Shown: positions 1-40,969, numbered from the stretch's first letter. The stretch is 64,000 bases of DNA from the human T2T-CHM13v2.0 reference genome, Homo sapiens (GCF_009914755.1 NC_060931.1), one strand, 5' to 3'. The notes: a model not told the origin generated them from the letters alone. Translations and numbers: made by a program.

Positions 1-831
1 GGCGGCGCTGTGCGGTCTCGGAGCAGCTCTCCAGGAAAGGGTTCTTGGGCAGCGGCCCCCCTGCTCGGGTGAGCGGCCAGGCTGGAGGTGGCCGCCACGG
101 GCGCGTCTTCCACTCCGACCGGCTCCCGCGCACACGCCCACCGCCCTGCGCAGCCCGCGACCCCGGCGCCCGCAGCGCACCCAAGTCACGCTCAACCCGA
201 GCGGAAAGTTTCGAATCCAAACCCGAGAGCCGAAACGCACAGGTCTCGGGGCTGAACTCGCGCCAGGAACACGCCCGAGGCAAACCACTTGACAACCAGC
301 TTAGGTTCTCAGCAGAAAGGCCGACAGGCGGGGGCCGGGGAGGAAGGGGAGGCGAGACACACGCCCTCCCGCACACTCGGCCCCTCCGCCTCCTCGGCCC
401 GCGGCTCAGGTGGGAGCAACGCAGCCGCTGCACTCCCGCAGCGGGCGGGCCGGAGCCCAGCGGCAGACGCCGGGGCCCCTTCCGGAAAGGGCCGCGACCC
501 CCGGGCCAGCTCGCGGGCAAGGGACGGGTGCGCACGCCCTGCCCGGCGCCTTTCCGCCGGCCTCCCGCCCGCCGGCCGGTGGCGACCCGGGGCGGGAGGT
601 CGCGGGGTCGAGGCTCCGTGATGCTAGGGAACCGGCCGCGGCCCGCGCGCCCCTCCCCCGCCGCCGCCCCTCCCCCCGGGCCGCCCGCCGGGGGCAGGAG
701 CCGAGCGCCAGCGTCCCGGGGGACCAGCCCGCCCGCCGGCCCGGGGACCCGGACAACTTTCCCCTGCGCGGCCGCGGGCGCCCCCGACGGGGCGGGGGTG
801 GGGAACGGGGACAGGCGCAGCGTGGACTCAC

Positions 832-886
832 TTTTTCGGATGTTTCTCTCTTTTCGGCCTCCGCTTTCGGGCCTGAATGGCCAGCA
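832..886 (-). CDS. SRPK2: SRPK2 coding exon 2 (55 nt): [18 protein letters not shown](K)
   Basis: cttctcttccccag|TGCTGGCCATTCAG...CATCCGAAAAA|gtgagt; phase matches exon 1. The rest of the gene lies left of the window. Confidence 0.95.
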
Positions 887-974
887 CTGGGGAAGAGAAG
901 ACACACATTAACGGTCGGGCCGCCCGCCCGGGCTGGCCGCGTGGCGGGGAGAGGGCGCGCCGCGGGCCACTCAC

Positions 975-990
975 CTTTCCGGGAGCTCAT
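975..990 (-). CDS. SRPK2: SRPK2 (SRSF protein kinase 2) coding exon 1: MSSRK + first base of V
   Basis: Minus strand ATGAGCTCCCGGAAAG|GTGAGT; canonical donor at 974-969; 88-bp intron 887-974; joined to exon 2 it gives the recognisable SRPK2 N-terminus. Confidence 0.95.
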
Positions 991-1150
991 TCCGACGCGG
1001 CGGAAGCGGGGCGGGGGGCTTCGCGACGGCGACGCGGGCGCCGAGACGAGCTGGGCTGCAGCCTCCACTCGCTCCGCCGGCCGGGAGGAGACGAGAACCG
1101 CGCCTGCGCCGCCGCCGCCGCCGCCGCTCCAGCAGGGACCCAGCAAGACC
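991..1150 (-). other. SRPK2: SRPK2 exon 1 5'UTR (TSS position approximate) with (CGG)6 tract at 1108-1125
   Basis: GC-rich sequence between the ATG (990) and the GC-box cluster; six perfect GCC units on the plus strand. Confidence 0.65.
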
Positions 1151-1253
1151 CGCCCCCGTCCGGCCCCGCCCCCGCCCCGCCCCCACCCGCCGGCCCCGGG
1201 GGTCGGGACCCCAGCGCCGCGCGCCCAGCGCCCCGCGCCCCCGCCCCACCCAC

Positions 1254-1278
1254 CTGTGCAGAAGTGGCCGCCGCCCAT
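1254..1278 (-). CDS. SRPK2: Putative alternative first coding exon of SRPK2 (MGGGHFCT + G)
   Basis: GCGGCCATGG strong Kozak context, 25 nt, CAG|GTGGGT donor; same phase as exon 1, so in frame with exon 2. Confidence 0.55.
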
Positions 1279-2139
1279 GGCCGCGCTGGCCCTCGGCCTC
1301 CCCCACCCCAGCCCGCGGCCCGGGCCTCCGCCTCCTGCGATCCTGCGGCTGGCCCAGGCCGCCCGCCTCTCCCGGGCACCGGACCCGCGGGACCCTCCCT
1401 CCCCGCCGCGGCCTCTCCCCTCCGCACCCCGGCCGGTCGCGCCGCCCGCTGCTCCATGCGCCCGTCCTTGGCCGGCGCCTCCGCGGGTCTCGCACCACCT
1501 CTCTTCCCGCGGCCTCTTCTCTCCCTTTGCTCCTCTACATCCTTGCAACCCCATGAGCGCCGCTTCCTCCTCTCCGGCAGGCGTGGAAAGGGCACACGAC
1601 CAAAAGCTGGGAAACCTGGGTCCGCGATTAGCGGTGTGACCTTGGAGAAGTCATTTTCTCTCCCACCTCTAAGTGCCCTCCAGGATTGCATGAGTTTAAT
1701 GAAGGAAAAGATACAGATAGCATTCAAGGTAGGACAAAGGTTTTGCACATGAATTGAAACTCGCTTCCGTAAACACCAGGTGTATAACAATTCAAAACAA
1801 CAATCACACCAAGTAGTTATTTTCTGCATCCTACAATGAGGAAACTGAGTCCCAACGAGGTTAAAAAGTTTAACCAGCCAGGATCGAAATTCAGGCCTGG
1901 CCGTCGACAAACCACCTTATCAGGCTGCCTACAAAAGATGTGAATCAAGTTGATAGTGACACAAAAAGATAACTGCAATGTTCTCTTATTTATGTAAATA
2001 ATTACAATAGTTTTTGAAAGATACGCATTCTGACTATTAACTCCCTCATTGGTCACACAACTGTATCTTTGACAAGGTGGCTTACACTAAGGATGATAAA
2101 TCAGAACGGGAAACTCTGCTTGGATTTTGAAGAGTCCTT

Positions 2140-3200
<1,061 letters not shown>

Positions 3201-3209
3201 GAAGTCTGT

Positions 3210-4560
<1,351 letters not shown>

Positions 4561-4711
4561 ACAAAGTTACTTGTGTGGGGTGATACTTTGAAACTGTGTG
4601 AATATCTCTTCCCTGACAATATCTCAATGGGTTGGCATCCATTGATGATTCTTGCCTAAATCAACTATTACCACACTGGTTGTAGAACAGTGATTTTATA
4701 ATCCTATCATT

Positions 4712-5610
<899 letters not shown>

Positions 5611-5839
5611 AGGAGGAGCTTTTATTTCTCCCTCTGGTTTTTCTTTTTTTTTTTTTTTTTTTTTTTTCCCCTCCTGCTCCTCTGCCTTTTTTCTTTCTTT
5701 CTTTGTTTCTGGCTTGTTTTTTGTTTTTGGTATCAATATTGACAAAAATTACTGTCACTATTTTTTTGTTGTTTTCAGAGGACAGGGTCTCACTCTATGG
5801 ACATGAGCCACCACATTCGGCCTTTTTATTATTTTTAAA

Positions 5840-6660
<821 letters not shown>

Positions 6661-6849
6661 AAACCCATTTCTGCTACTTAATTTCTGCACGACCTTTGGC
6701 AAGTTACTTAATTACAACATCTGGAAAGTGATAACAACATGTACTAATACTAGTCCTCATAGGTCAGTTCGATAATCAAATAAGATAAATATCCAATAAT
6801 AGTAATTCTTAACAGTTGGGAGATACATCGCCAATCTGTTTGTTGGATT

Positions 6850-7940
6850 TTTGCATTCAATTTTCAACAAATACTTATCAAATACCTATTATGTAGCAAG
6901 CATTATTCTAGACACTGATTCTATAGCAGTGAACAAAGCACACAGAAATGTCCCTGCCTTCATGGAGCTTACATTCTACTGCCAGAAAACAGAAAATAAA
7001 CAACATAAATATGTGAAATATATATTATGTTTACTAGATGGTGATCATTTTTATTTAAAAACAAAACAAAACAGCCGGGCGCGGTGGCTTACGCCTGTAA
7101 TCCCAGCCCTTTGGGAGGCCAAGGTGGGCGGGACATGAGATTGGGAGATCGAGACCTACCATCCTGGCCAACAAGGTGAAACCCCATCTCTACTAAAAAT
7201 ACAAGAATTAGCTAGGCGTGGCGGCACATGCCTATAATCCCAGCTACTCAGGAGGCTGAGGGAGGAGAATCACTTGAACCTAGGAGGTGGAGGTTGTAGT
7301 GAGCCAAGATCTTGCCACTGCCCTCCAGCCTGGGCAACAGAGTGAGACTCCATCTCAAAAACAAAACAAAACAAAACAAAAAACAGAAAGTGACTGGATG
7401 GAGTGGTTCACACCTGTAACTCTAGCACTTTGAAAGTCCAAAGCAAGAGGATTGCTTGAGCCCAGGAGTTCAAGACTAGCCTGGGGAACATAGTGAGACC
7501 CCCCCACCTCTATCAACTAAAAAATAAATTTAAAAAAAAAACTGAAAGCAAAAAAAATCAACAATCTGTTGGGAGTATGGTTCAAGAAGGCCTCACCGAG
7601 AAGGTAACACTGAATTAAAGAACTTAAAGCTGGCTGGGCACAGTGGCTCATGCCTGTAATCCCAGCACTTTGGGAGGCCAAGGCGGGCGAATCACCTGAG
7701 GTCAGGAGTTCCAGATCAGCCCGGACAACATGGTGAAACCCCGTCTCTACTAAAAATACAAAAATTAGCGGGGTATGGTTGTGCACCCCTGTAATCCCAG
7801 CCACTCAGGAGGCTGAGGTGGGAGAATTGCTTGAACCTGGGAGACAGAAGTTGCAGTGAGCCGAGATTGCACCACTGCACATTCCAGCTTGGGCAACAGA
7901 GCAAGACTCTGTCTCCCAAAACAAAAAAAAAGAACTTAAA
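6850..7940. mobile_element. L2 3' fragment (-) with three plus-strand Alu elements (~7073-7385, ~7390-7540, ~7633-7930)
   Basis: cattcaa..ttcaacaaatacttat and ccctgccttcatggagcttacattcta L2 motifs; TSD aaagaacttaaagct around the last Alu. Confidence 0.8.
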
Positions 7941-8089
7941 GCTATCTTGCCAGTCCTTTTTACTTCTATAAATTAGAAGAAAACTATCTTTGCAAATCAG
8001 ATATTTATGAATTGCTTTGAATTTATTGAATTAAAGTATACCAAATTAATTATCAATTAGCTTTACACATACTATAGTGATGTTTTTTA

Positions 8090-9077
<988 letters not shown>

Positions 9078-9149
9078 TTACAAACCTAGTCTCTGTTGAC
9101 TTTGAAATTAAGTATTTCTTCAGAAATGCAGCACAATGTAGAGTGACAT

Positions 9150-10790
<1,641 letters not shown>

Positions 10791-10929
10791 CAAGCCTCCT
10801 TTTAAAAGCACCTCCAAGGCTTTTAAATTCTTTAAAGTTTATTTATATCTAATCTGCCCATTCAATTATGAAGCTTAAACCTGTCTTTTGTTGTTTCACT
10901 ATAGCGTACTTCTCAGTGGCAATAGCACC

Positions 10930-11235
10930 ATCATAATAGTGTAACATAGAAGAGAGTGGCAGAGCCAGACTGCCAGAGTTCAAGGGCTAGTTCTGCCATT
11001 ATTTACCTGGGCCAGCTTGAGCAAATTAGTCTCTCTGTGCCTTAACTGCCTGATCTGCAAAATGTAGATAGTAATATTACCTACCCTACAAATTTGTTGT
11101 GAGGATTTAATGAGTTAATTCCCATAAAATACTTGGAGGAGTACCTAAGCATGTCTGTTTGGAGGATTAAATGACTTAGTTCACATGAAACACTTATAGA
11201 AGTATCTAAGCATTCAATAAATATTAGCTGATCAT
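10930..11235 (+). mobile_element. MIR SINE
   Basis: gagccagactgcc..gttcaa, ctctctgtgcct, ttgttgtgaggatttaatgag, cattcaataaatattagct. Confidence 0.85.
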
Positions 11236-11257
11236 ATATATGTGCCATGTTAAGCAA

Positions 11258-11731
11258 TGTGTTATTTATCTATTGCTGTATAACAAATTTCTCCCAAATT
11301 TAGTAGCTTAAAAAAATAAACATTTCATAACTCACAGTTTTTGTGGTCCAGCAATTTGGGAGCAGTTTAGCTGGTGAGTCAAGATGTCACTTGAGGCCGC
11401 AGTCATCTGAAGGCTTGACGGAGGCTGAAAGACCTGTTACCAAGATAATTCACTTGCATAGCTGTTGCAGAGGCCTCATTTCCTCACTGCACGGACCCCT
11501 TCATAGGACTGCTTGAGTGGCTGGCTTCCCCCAGAGTGAATGATCCAAGAGATAACAAGGGAGAAACTTCAATGCCTTTTATGACCTACCCTCAGAAGTC
11601 ACAATCCATCATTTCTGCCACATTCTAATCATCAGAAATAAGTACAGCACATGCTTAAAGAAGGGGAATTAAGTCCCTTTCTGGAAGGGAGGATTATCAA
11701 AGAATGCTGGACATATTTTAAAATCACCACA
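11258..11731 (-). mobile_element. MLT1F/G-type MaLR solo LTR
   Basis: Minus strand starts TGTGGTGATTTTAAAATATGTCC and ends GCAATAGATAAATAACACA; donor AACT|GTGAGT at 11335-11330. Confidence 0.85.
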
Positions 11732-12177
11732 AGGGGTCATTCCTTCTTTCCTTTAAATGCCTCTGATTTCAAGTGAGAATCTTTAGAGGCTCTTATTCTG
11801 CTATTTATTTAAGCAGTAGATATCAAAGGGAATTTTCAGTTCAACATTCAGACAAAACAAAAAGGAATAGGGACTGGATTGTCTAGAGAAAATCACCAAT
11901 AGTGACAAGTTTGTTATAAATAAAATAGTATAGGAGACTCTTACATAAGCCAGTTCAAAAATGATGCCCAAAGATTTACCTGGGGCTGTATTAAAATTTA
12001 GAATAATGTCTAATATGCCAGGACATAATCAAATAGATTAGAAGATCTGGCCATAATCTGTGCTAAGTTTAACACCCTGGGCTCCATTTCTTCCAAGTCT
12101 TAGAACATGGATATAGCTCTGATATAATACTCATTTCTCAAATGCTTGAGCTCTCTGAGTATAAGAATTTGCTTGCC

Positions 12178-12493
<316 letters not shown>

Positions 12494-12530
12494 TTATTGT
12501 AACTAATGAAAGAGATTCAATGTAAAAAAA

Positions 12531-13870
12531 TTTTTTTTATTTTTTTTTATTTTGAGACCCTCTGTTGCCTAGGCTGGAGTGTAGTGGCACCATCTCGGCT
12601 CACTGCAAACTCTGCCTCCCCCAGCACTTTGGTGAGGCCCAGGCAGGCAGATGACTTGAGGTCAGAAGTTCGAGACCAGCCTGGCCAACATGGCAAAACC
12701 CCGTCTCTACTAAAAATACAAAAATTAGCCAGGCGTGGTGGCAGGCACCTGTAATCCCAACTACTCAGGAGGCTGAGGCAGGAGAATCACTTGAACCAGG
12801 AGGCAGAGATTGTGGTGAGCCGAGATGGTGCCACTGCACTCCAGCCTGAGCAACAGGTTAAGACTCCATCTCAAAAAATTAAGAATAAAAAAAATAGTTT
12901 GGGCACGGTGGCTCACATCTGTAATCCCAGCACTTTGGGAGGCCGAGGCAGGCAGATCACCTGAGGTCAGGAGTTTGAGACCAGCCTGACCAACATGGTG
13001 AAACCCCATCTCTACTAAAAATACAAAAATTAGCTGAGCATAGTGGCGCGCGCCTGTAATCCTAGCTACCAGGAGGCTGAGGCAGGAGAATTGCTTGAAT
13101 CTGGGAGGTGGAGGTTGCGGTGAGTGGAGATGGCACCACTGCACTCCGGCTTGGGCAACAAGAGCGACACTCCGTCTAAAAAAAAAAAAAAAAAAAAGAC
13201 AATTGCATATTACCAGTATCCCAAAAGTCCCCCTCCTCTCTCCTCAGTCACTGCCCCTACCAAGATAGCCTCTATTCTAATTCCTAACCCCACAGATTCA
13301 TGCTGCCTGCTTTTAAATTTTATGGAAATGGAACCCTACACTAATTACTCTTGTATTTGGCTGGTTTTTTTCAACGTTTTGTTTGTGAGCCTCACCCATG
13401 TGTTGTCTGTACAATCTTTTCATTGTTTTATAGTATTTCATTGTATGAATATGCCATATTTTAAAAATGTCTTCACATTATTTATTAAACTACTATCTCA
13501 GCCCCAAACCCACCATTCTATTATCAGCTTTGTGAGGGGGGAGTTGTGGCCACATTTGTTTATTTGCTGTTTTGTTTTGTTTTGTTTTGGTTTGGTTTTG
13601 AGACAGAGTTTCGCTCTTGTCGCCCAGGCTGGAGTGTAGTGGCCACATCTTGGCTCACTGCAACTTCCGCCTCCCAGTTTCAAGCGATTCTCCTGCCTCA
13701 GCCTCCTGAGTAGCTGGAATTACAGGCATGCACAACCACGCCAAGCTAATTTTTGTATTTTTAGTAGAGACGGGGTTTCACCATGTTGGCCAGGCTTGTC
13801 TCAAACTCCTGACCTCAAGTAGTCTGTCCACCTAGGCCTCCCAAAGGGCTGGGATGAGCCACGCCAAGCC
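12531..13870. mobile_element. Alu fragment (-) fused to Alu (+) at 12620; Alu (+) ~12897-13198; L1ME fragment ~13200-13480; Alu (-) ~13570-13870
   Basis: Alu and L1M consensus motifs; TSD gccacattt around the last Alu. Confidence 0.85.
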
Positions 13871-13889
13871 ACATTTATAATAGAGGAAA

Positions 13890-14700
<811 letters not shown>

Positions 14701-14989
14701 ATAGGTGATTCCACCAGTCATCGGTGATTGGGTTGTCTCCAACTTAAGCTATTATGAATAATGTTGCTGTGAACACCCTTATATGAGGTTTTTGGTGAAT
14801 ATGTGTATATATTTAGAAATGGAATTGCTGAGTCATAGGTTATATCTATGTGCATTTTTAGCACATACAGCCAAAAGTTTTCTAAAATGGTTATACTAGT
14901 GATTGCATTGATTTTAAAGCATTCCCAGTATTTCACATCTAATCCTCAAAACTTTTTAAATTTAGAAAAAAGTCAATACACTTCATACT

Positions 14990-16880
<1,891 letters not shown>

Positions 16881-17570
16881 TTAAACCTATTTTTTTGTAC
16901 AGTTGAACCAATGTGAAATAGTAATGTAAATGGAGGCCAATCTTGCCTACAGACTGCTCAGTAACCCCATCACATATACCACTGGGCTGTTGTAGATAGG
17001 CAGGTCTCAGTTTCTACAGGTTGCTTCTATTGACCTCTGAGACACATTCCTCTCCTCGCAGTCTGCCTAAATGAATTGATCAGGAGCAGACGCAACACAA
17101 CTGTGACAGGGATCTGCTTATAGACTGGGCAGCCTTGTATCTGGCTCATCAACCTCATAGTTCAAACCCTCACTGAAGAATCTTTAGAACCGGATCCCTT
17201 TAAGATTTATTCTTACAGGGCCTCAGACTTCAAGGTGCCCCCCTAAACCTCTGTGATACTGTAAGAATGATCTGTGTAAGCCCCAAGGCAAAGTTGTTTG
17301 CTACATCTGCAGGCCCCACATGAAGCAGTCACAAGCCAAACTCTCAAGCCCCAATGGGTTTCTAGCACCAGCTGGGAGTTCAGGGTTCCTGACCTGAGCT
17401 CAACATGGAGAAAAAGTAGCAGCTTGGTGGAAGTTATTAATATAGAAGCCTGACCAGCATCTATAACTCTTAAATCCACTCAAGAATAATCAGGGCAGGG
17501 GAGAAGGAGGAGGGGGAGTAAGGCAATATATACATTTGTTTATAAAATAACAGTTATGCTTTCTAAATAA

Positions 17571-18218
<648 letters not shown>

Positions 18219-18254
18219 TGCATGAACTTATTTTTATGCGTAAAACACAGGCAA

Positions 18255-20975
<2,721 letters not shown>

Positions 20976-21153
20976 ATTTAAACTTATTTTTATATACTAC
21001 AGTACTCGTATGTTAGGTGTGCCTTTCTTCTGATTTTAAAAGTAATACAACTTATTGAGATTCCATTTACAGAGTAGTAAAAACAATCCATAAAATACAG
21101 ACTTTTTCATTGACAAAATGTTGAGGAAGCAGATATACTTGGCTATGAAATAC

Positions 21154-21343
21154 AAATAAATAAATAAATAAATTAATTAATTTATTTATTTATTTATTTA
21201 TTTTGAGACAGAGTCTCACTCTGTCGCCCAGGTTGGAGCAACCTCCACCTCCTGGGTTCAAGTGATTCTCCTGCCTCAGCCTACCTAGCAGCTGGGATTA
21301 CAGGCGTGTGCCAACACACCCAGCTAAAAATAAATTTATTTTT
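21154..21343. repeat. 46-bp perfect AT palindrome (21154-21199) followed by a deleted Alu fragment (-)
   Basis: (AAAT)n-TAATTA-(ATTT)n base-paired by hand, 23 consecutive pairs. Confidence 0.9.
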
Positions 21344-21604
21344 GAATCTCTGGTGTGTAAGGCATATTTTGTGACTCATCACTCATGGACTTATAGCAAA
21401 TGGATGTCTCTTTTCATGCGGTATTTGTTACCGGAGAGGAAGTAAACATGCTGTGAAGTCTTCATGCAAAGTGATAGAGGTTCTTTCTATGTCTGACTTC
21501 TCAGACATTTCTTCAGTTCTCATGCTCTCCCTCTCTTTTCTCTTTCCTGTATAATGCTAAATGTATAGTCCCCCAATACTTAAGGAATCTGGTTCTTGCA
21601 AGTT

Positions 21605-24175
<2,571 letters not shown>

Positions 24176-24247
24176 CAAGAAGCAACCACACAAAGATGTG
24201 AATTCAGGGAGGTGTGATTCATTGGGATCATTTTAGAACAATCCACC

Positions 24248-24420
24248 ACGTGTGCGTATATATATACATATGTATACATATGTGTATATACATATATATA
24301 CACGTGTGTGTATATATACATATACATATATACATATACACACACGTGTATATATATGTGTATATGTATGTGTGTGGATATACATGTGTGTGTGTATATA
24401 TATATATAGGAATATATATA
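24248..24420. repeat. (TA/CA/TG)n compound microsatellite
   Basis: Alternating purine-pyrimidine run. Confidence 0.95.
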
Positions 24421-24579
24421 TTCCTGCTGGACCTCATCTGGAGCTTGCTTCCCAATGCATCTATGTCTATATGAGGTCAGCAAGTCAACAGCTTTTTTTG
24501 AACAATCACAAGAAACTAAGTAATATAATACAAATACATATTACATTTATTTATTTTTAAAATTTATTATGATGATCGT

Positions 24580-26195
<1,616 letters not shown>

Positions 26196-27012
26196 TAGAT
26201 TTAGAGACGATGGAAGTGTCCAGAAAATGAGTTAGCTGAGAAATGTAAAAGAAACAAAAAAAGCTTACCAAGCACATTTTTAGTGGCATAAAGTCTGAAA
26301 ATAGACCGATGTCTTCTAAAAGAACAAATAGGACTCCTTCATTGACCAGTGACAATTACAGAGTAACATCCTGAACTTTAACTTCTATAGTACTTCTGGA
26401 GCCCCCTCACTTGCAGTACCTTGGACAGAGATGCGACTGGATCATTTGCCTCAGCAGCTCTTAATTAAGATTCTATCATAGACCCTATGTGTCTGTGAAC
26501 ATGCTCCTCCACTTCCTCATCAAACTGTCCTCTTCATAGTTTTTCCTCTGGATCACTTTGACAACTTAAAATTGTTGTTTTTTGAAATGCAAACATATAA
26601 TCCAAGAAAAAAAAAGGTAGAAATATTTCCACATTTGAGGCACAGGATTAGTATAATCACTTTCACTGGTTAACTAACCTCCTGATATACAGCCTCTCCT
26701 TACTACAGATTTCCTACGCTACTCTTAATAACACTATAGACAGACACTTTCCTCATTCCCTGCTTCAGACTTCTCACTGCTAATCACAGCCTTCTAGACA
26801 CTTCCCATAATCCTTATAGGAAGAAAAGTTGATTTGCTTTTATTTATCCCGAGCCAGCCTTACATTTACTTCCTTTCTTCCTTTGTCATGTACCAGTTCC
26901 AAACCAACTCCTTCCAGTAGCAGATGTCGTTGGATATCTACCCAGAAACCATTTTCCTGTTGCTCCATGCTGGCAGAGCTCTAGTTTTGGCTACATTTTG
27001 AATGGTCTAAGC

Positions 27013-27088
27013 CAGTGGTTCTCAAACTTTTGGTCTCAGGGCCTCTTGACACTCTTAAAAATGGATAAGAACCTCAAAGAATTTTTGT
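27013..27088. mobile_element. Charlie1-type hAT DNA transposon terminus
   Basis: cagtggttctcaaacttttggtctcagggcctcttgacactcttaaaa matches the recalled Charlie1 end. Confidence 0.65.
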
Positions 27089-31020
<3,932 letters not shown>

Positions 31021-31460
31021 TAAAATTTCCCTTTTTCAGGAAAATACTCATTTTGTCAAATACCCTTTGAACTGGCTTTATTATCTTGTTGTTTCTTCAT
31101 TAATAAGTTGAGAAAACATCTTTGACATGTGTTCATTTTCATTTGTGAGCCATATTTTTAACTCTTTGAAAATAATATTGTCATAATTATTTAGCCCACA
31201 GATAATTTGTTCCTACAGTTAGTTTCCAGTTTGGCTCAGTTTTTTATTTAGAAAATTGTATCTGATTAGGAAAGATCAGACCAACTTTTCTCTTCCCCAA
31301 TCAAAAGAAATGTAATTCACTTTATTTGAGTTTCACAGTGATGATAACATGTTCTGTCTTCAGTGGCAGGTTATTTCTGTGAAATATTTTCGGTGAGATA
31401 AGAAGAAAGAAGTTTTAAAATAGCAGATACCACTGGCTCTTTTTTCTTTTTCCTTTTTTA

Positions 31461-32218
<758 letters not shown>

Positions 32219-32249
32219 GGCTCTTTTTCATTTTTAAAGTAATTATTCT

Positions 32250-33110
<861 letters not shown>

Positions 33111-33288
33111 TTTATTATGTGAATCTCAACATACACATAAATAAAGACAATACTATAACAAACCCCATGTAACCACCATTTAAATCCTGTATTAGCAATA
33201 TTTGGCAAATCTCGTTTCATCCATATTCATCATTTCCCCTAACTTGGCAAATCCCAGATATCTTAGAATTTCATCATTAAATACTTCA

Positions 33289-35347
<2,059 letters not shown>

Positions 35348-35484
35348 CACATTTTAACATTACAATACCATTCTCACACCAAAAAATAGTAATAATTTCT
35401 TAACAGAATCTATTATACAGTCAGTATTTACATATGCCCCAGGTGTCCAGTATCTTTTTATAAATGACTCAAAACAGGATCTAA

Positions 35485-35844
<360 letters not shown>

Positions 35845-36060
35845 TAAGGTATAATTGACATACAATAAGTGGTACATCTTAAGGGTGTACAATTTGAGAA
35901 CTTTGGACATACTATTCACCTGAGAAATTGTTAACACAACCAAGATGATGAACATATCCATCACCTCCAAAGTTTTCTCATACCCTGTGGTAATCTCTCC
36001 TAATCTCACCATATGATCCCATCTCTAAACACGTACTGATCTACATTTTACCCTTTTTTG

Positions 36061-36135
36061 ATTGCTTTATGGTAGAATTTGCTTTATTGTGGTGGCCTGG
36101 AATTGGACCTGCAATATCTCCGAGGAATGCCTGTA
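36061..36135 (+). mobile_element. Tigger1 3' terminus/TIR, inverted relative to the element body
   Basis: gctttattgtggtggcctggaattggacctgcaatatctccgaggaatgcctg-TA. Confidence 0.8.
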
Positions 36136-36245
36136 TGCTGGGCAAAAAAAGCCAGACAAAAAAGGGTATATATTCTATTATTCTATGTTTAGAAAATTTT
36201 AGAAAAGTAAACTAATCTATAGTGACAAAAAGTAGTCAGTAGATC

Positions 36246-40650
<4,405 letters not shown>

Positions 40651-40969
40651 GGAAATAAGCATTTCAATATGTACATATCAAGATATGACTATGCAAGAAG
40701 GCTTAATGAAATAATCAGATACTTGCGTCTTCACATAGCATCATAGTAAATGTGCCAGCTACAAGCACAGAGTAATACAGGTGTGTTGTATAGTAATGAG
40801 TCAATTATCCCACATGGTAGTGATATAGATGTTATGATTGTCTGCAATGGTAGAAAACCCTTGGTAAAGTTCAAGACATCATAAAGTCAAATCCTCCTTT
40901 CATATATATAATTGTATTCTTGGAAAAATCAGAATATGTTAACAATCTGCCAAAGGTCCCTGTATTACA

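Larger units (their letters stand above)
1..1650. promoter_or_regulatory. SRPK2: CpG island / SRPK2 promoter and first introns
   Basis: Very high GC and CpG density that ends abruptly near 1650; clustered GC boxes (CCCCGCCC) at 1150-1190; contains the SRPK2 first exons. Confidence 0.95.

Noticed and set aside
45-1910. Long overlapping ORFs (288, 382, 409, 291, 307 aa) in the CpG island
   Set aside because: Pro/Arg/Gly/Ala low-complexity frames expected from stop-codon depletion in very GC-rich DNA; the real coding sequence is the spliced SRPK2 micro-exons.
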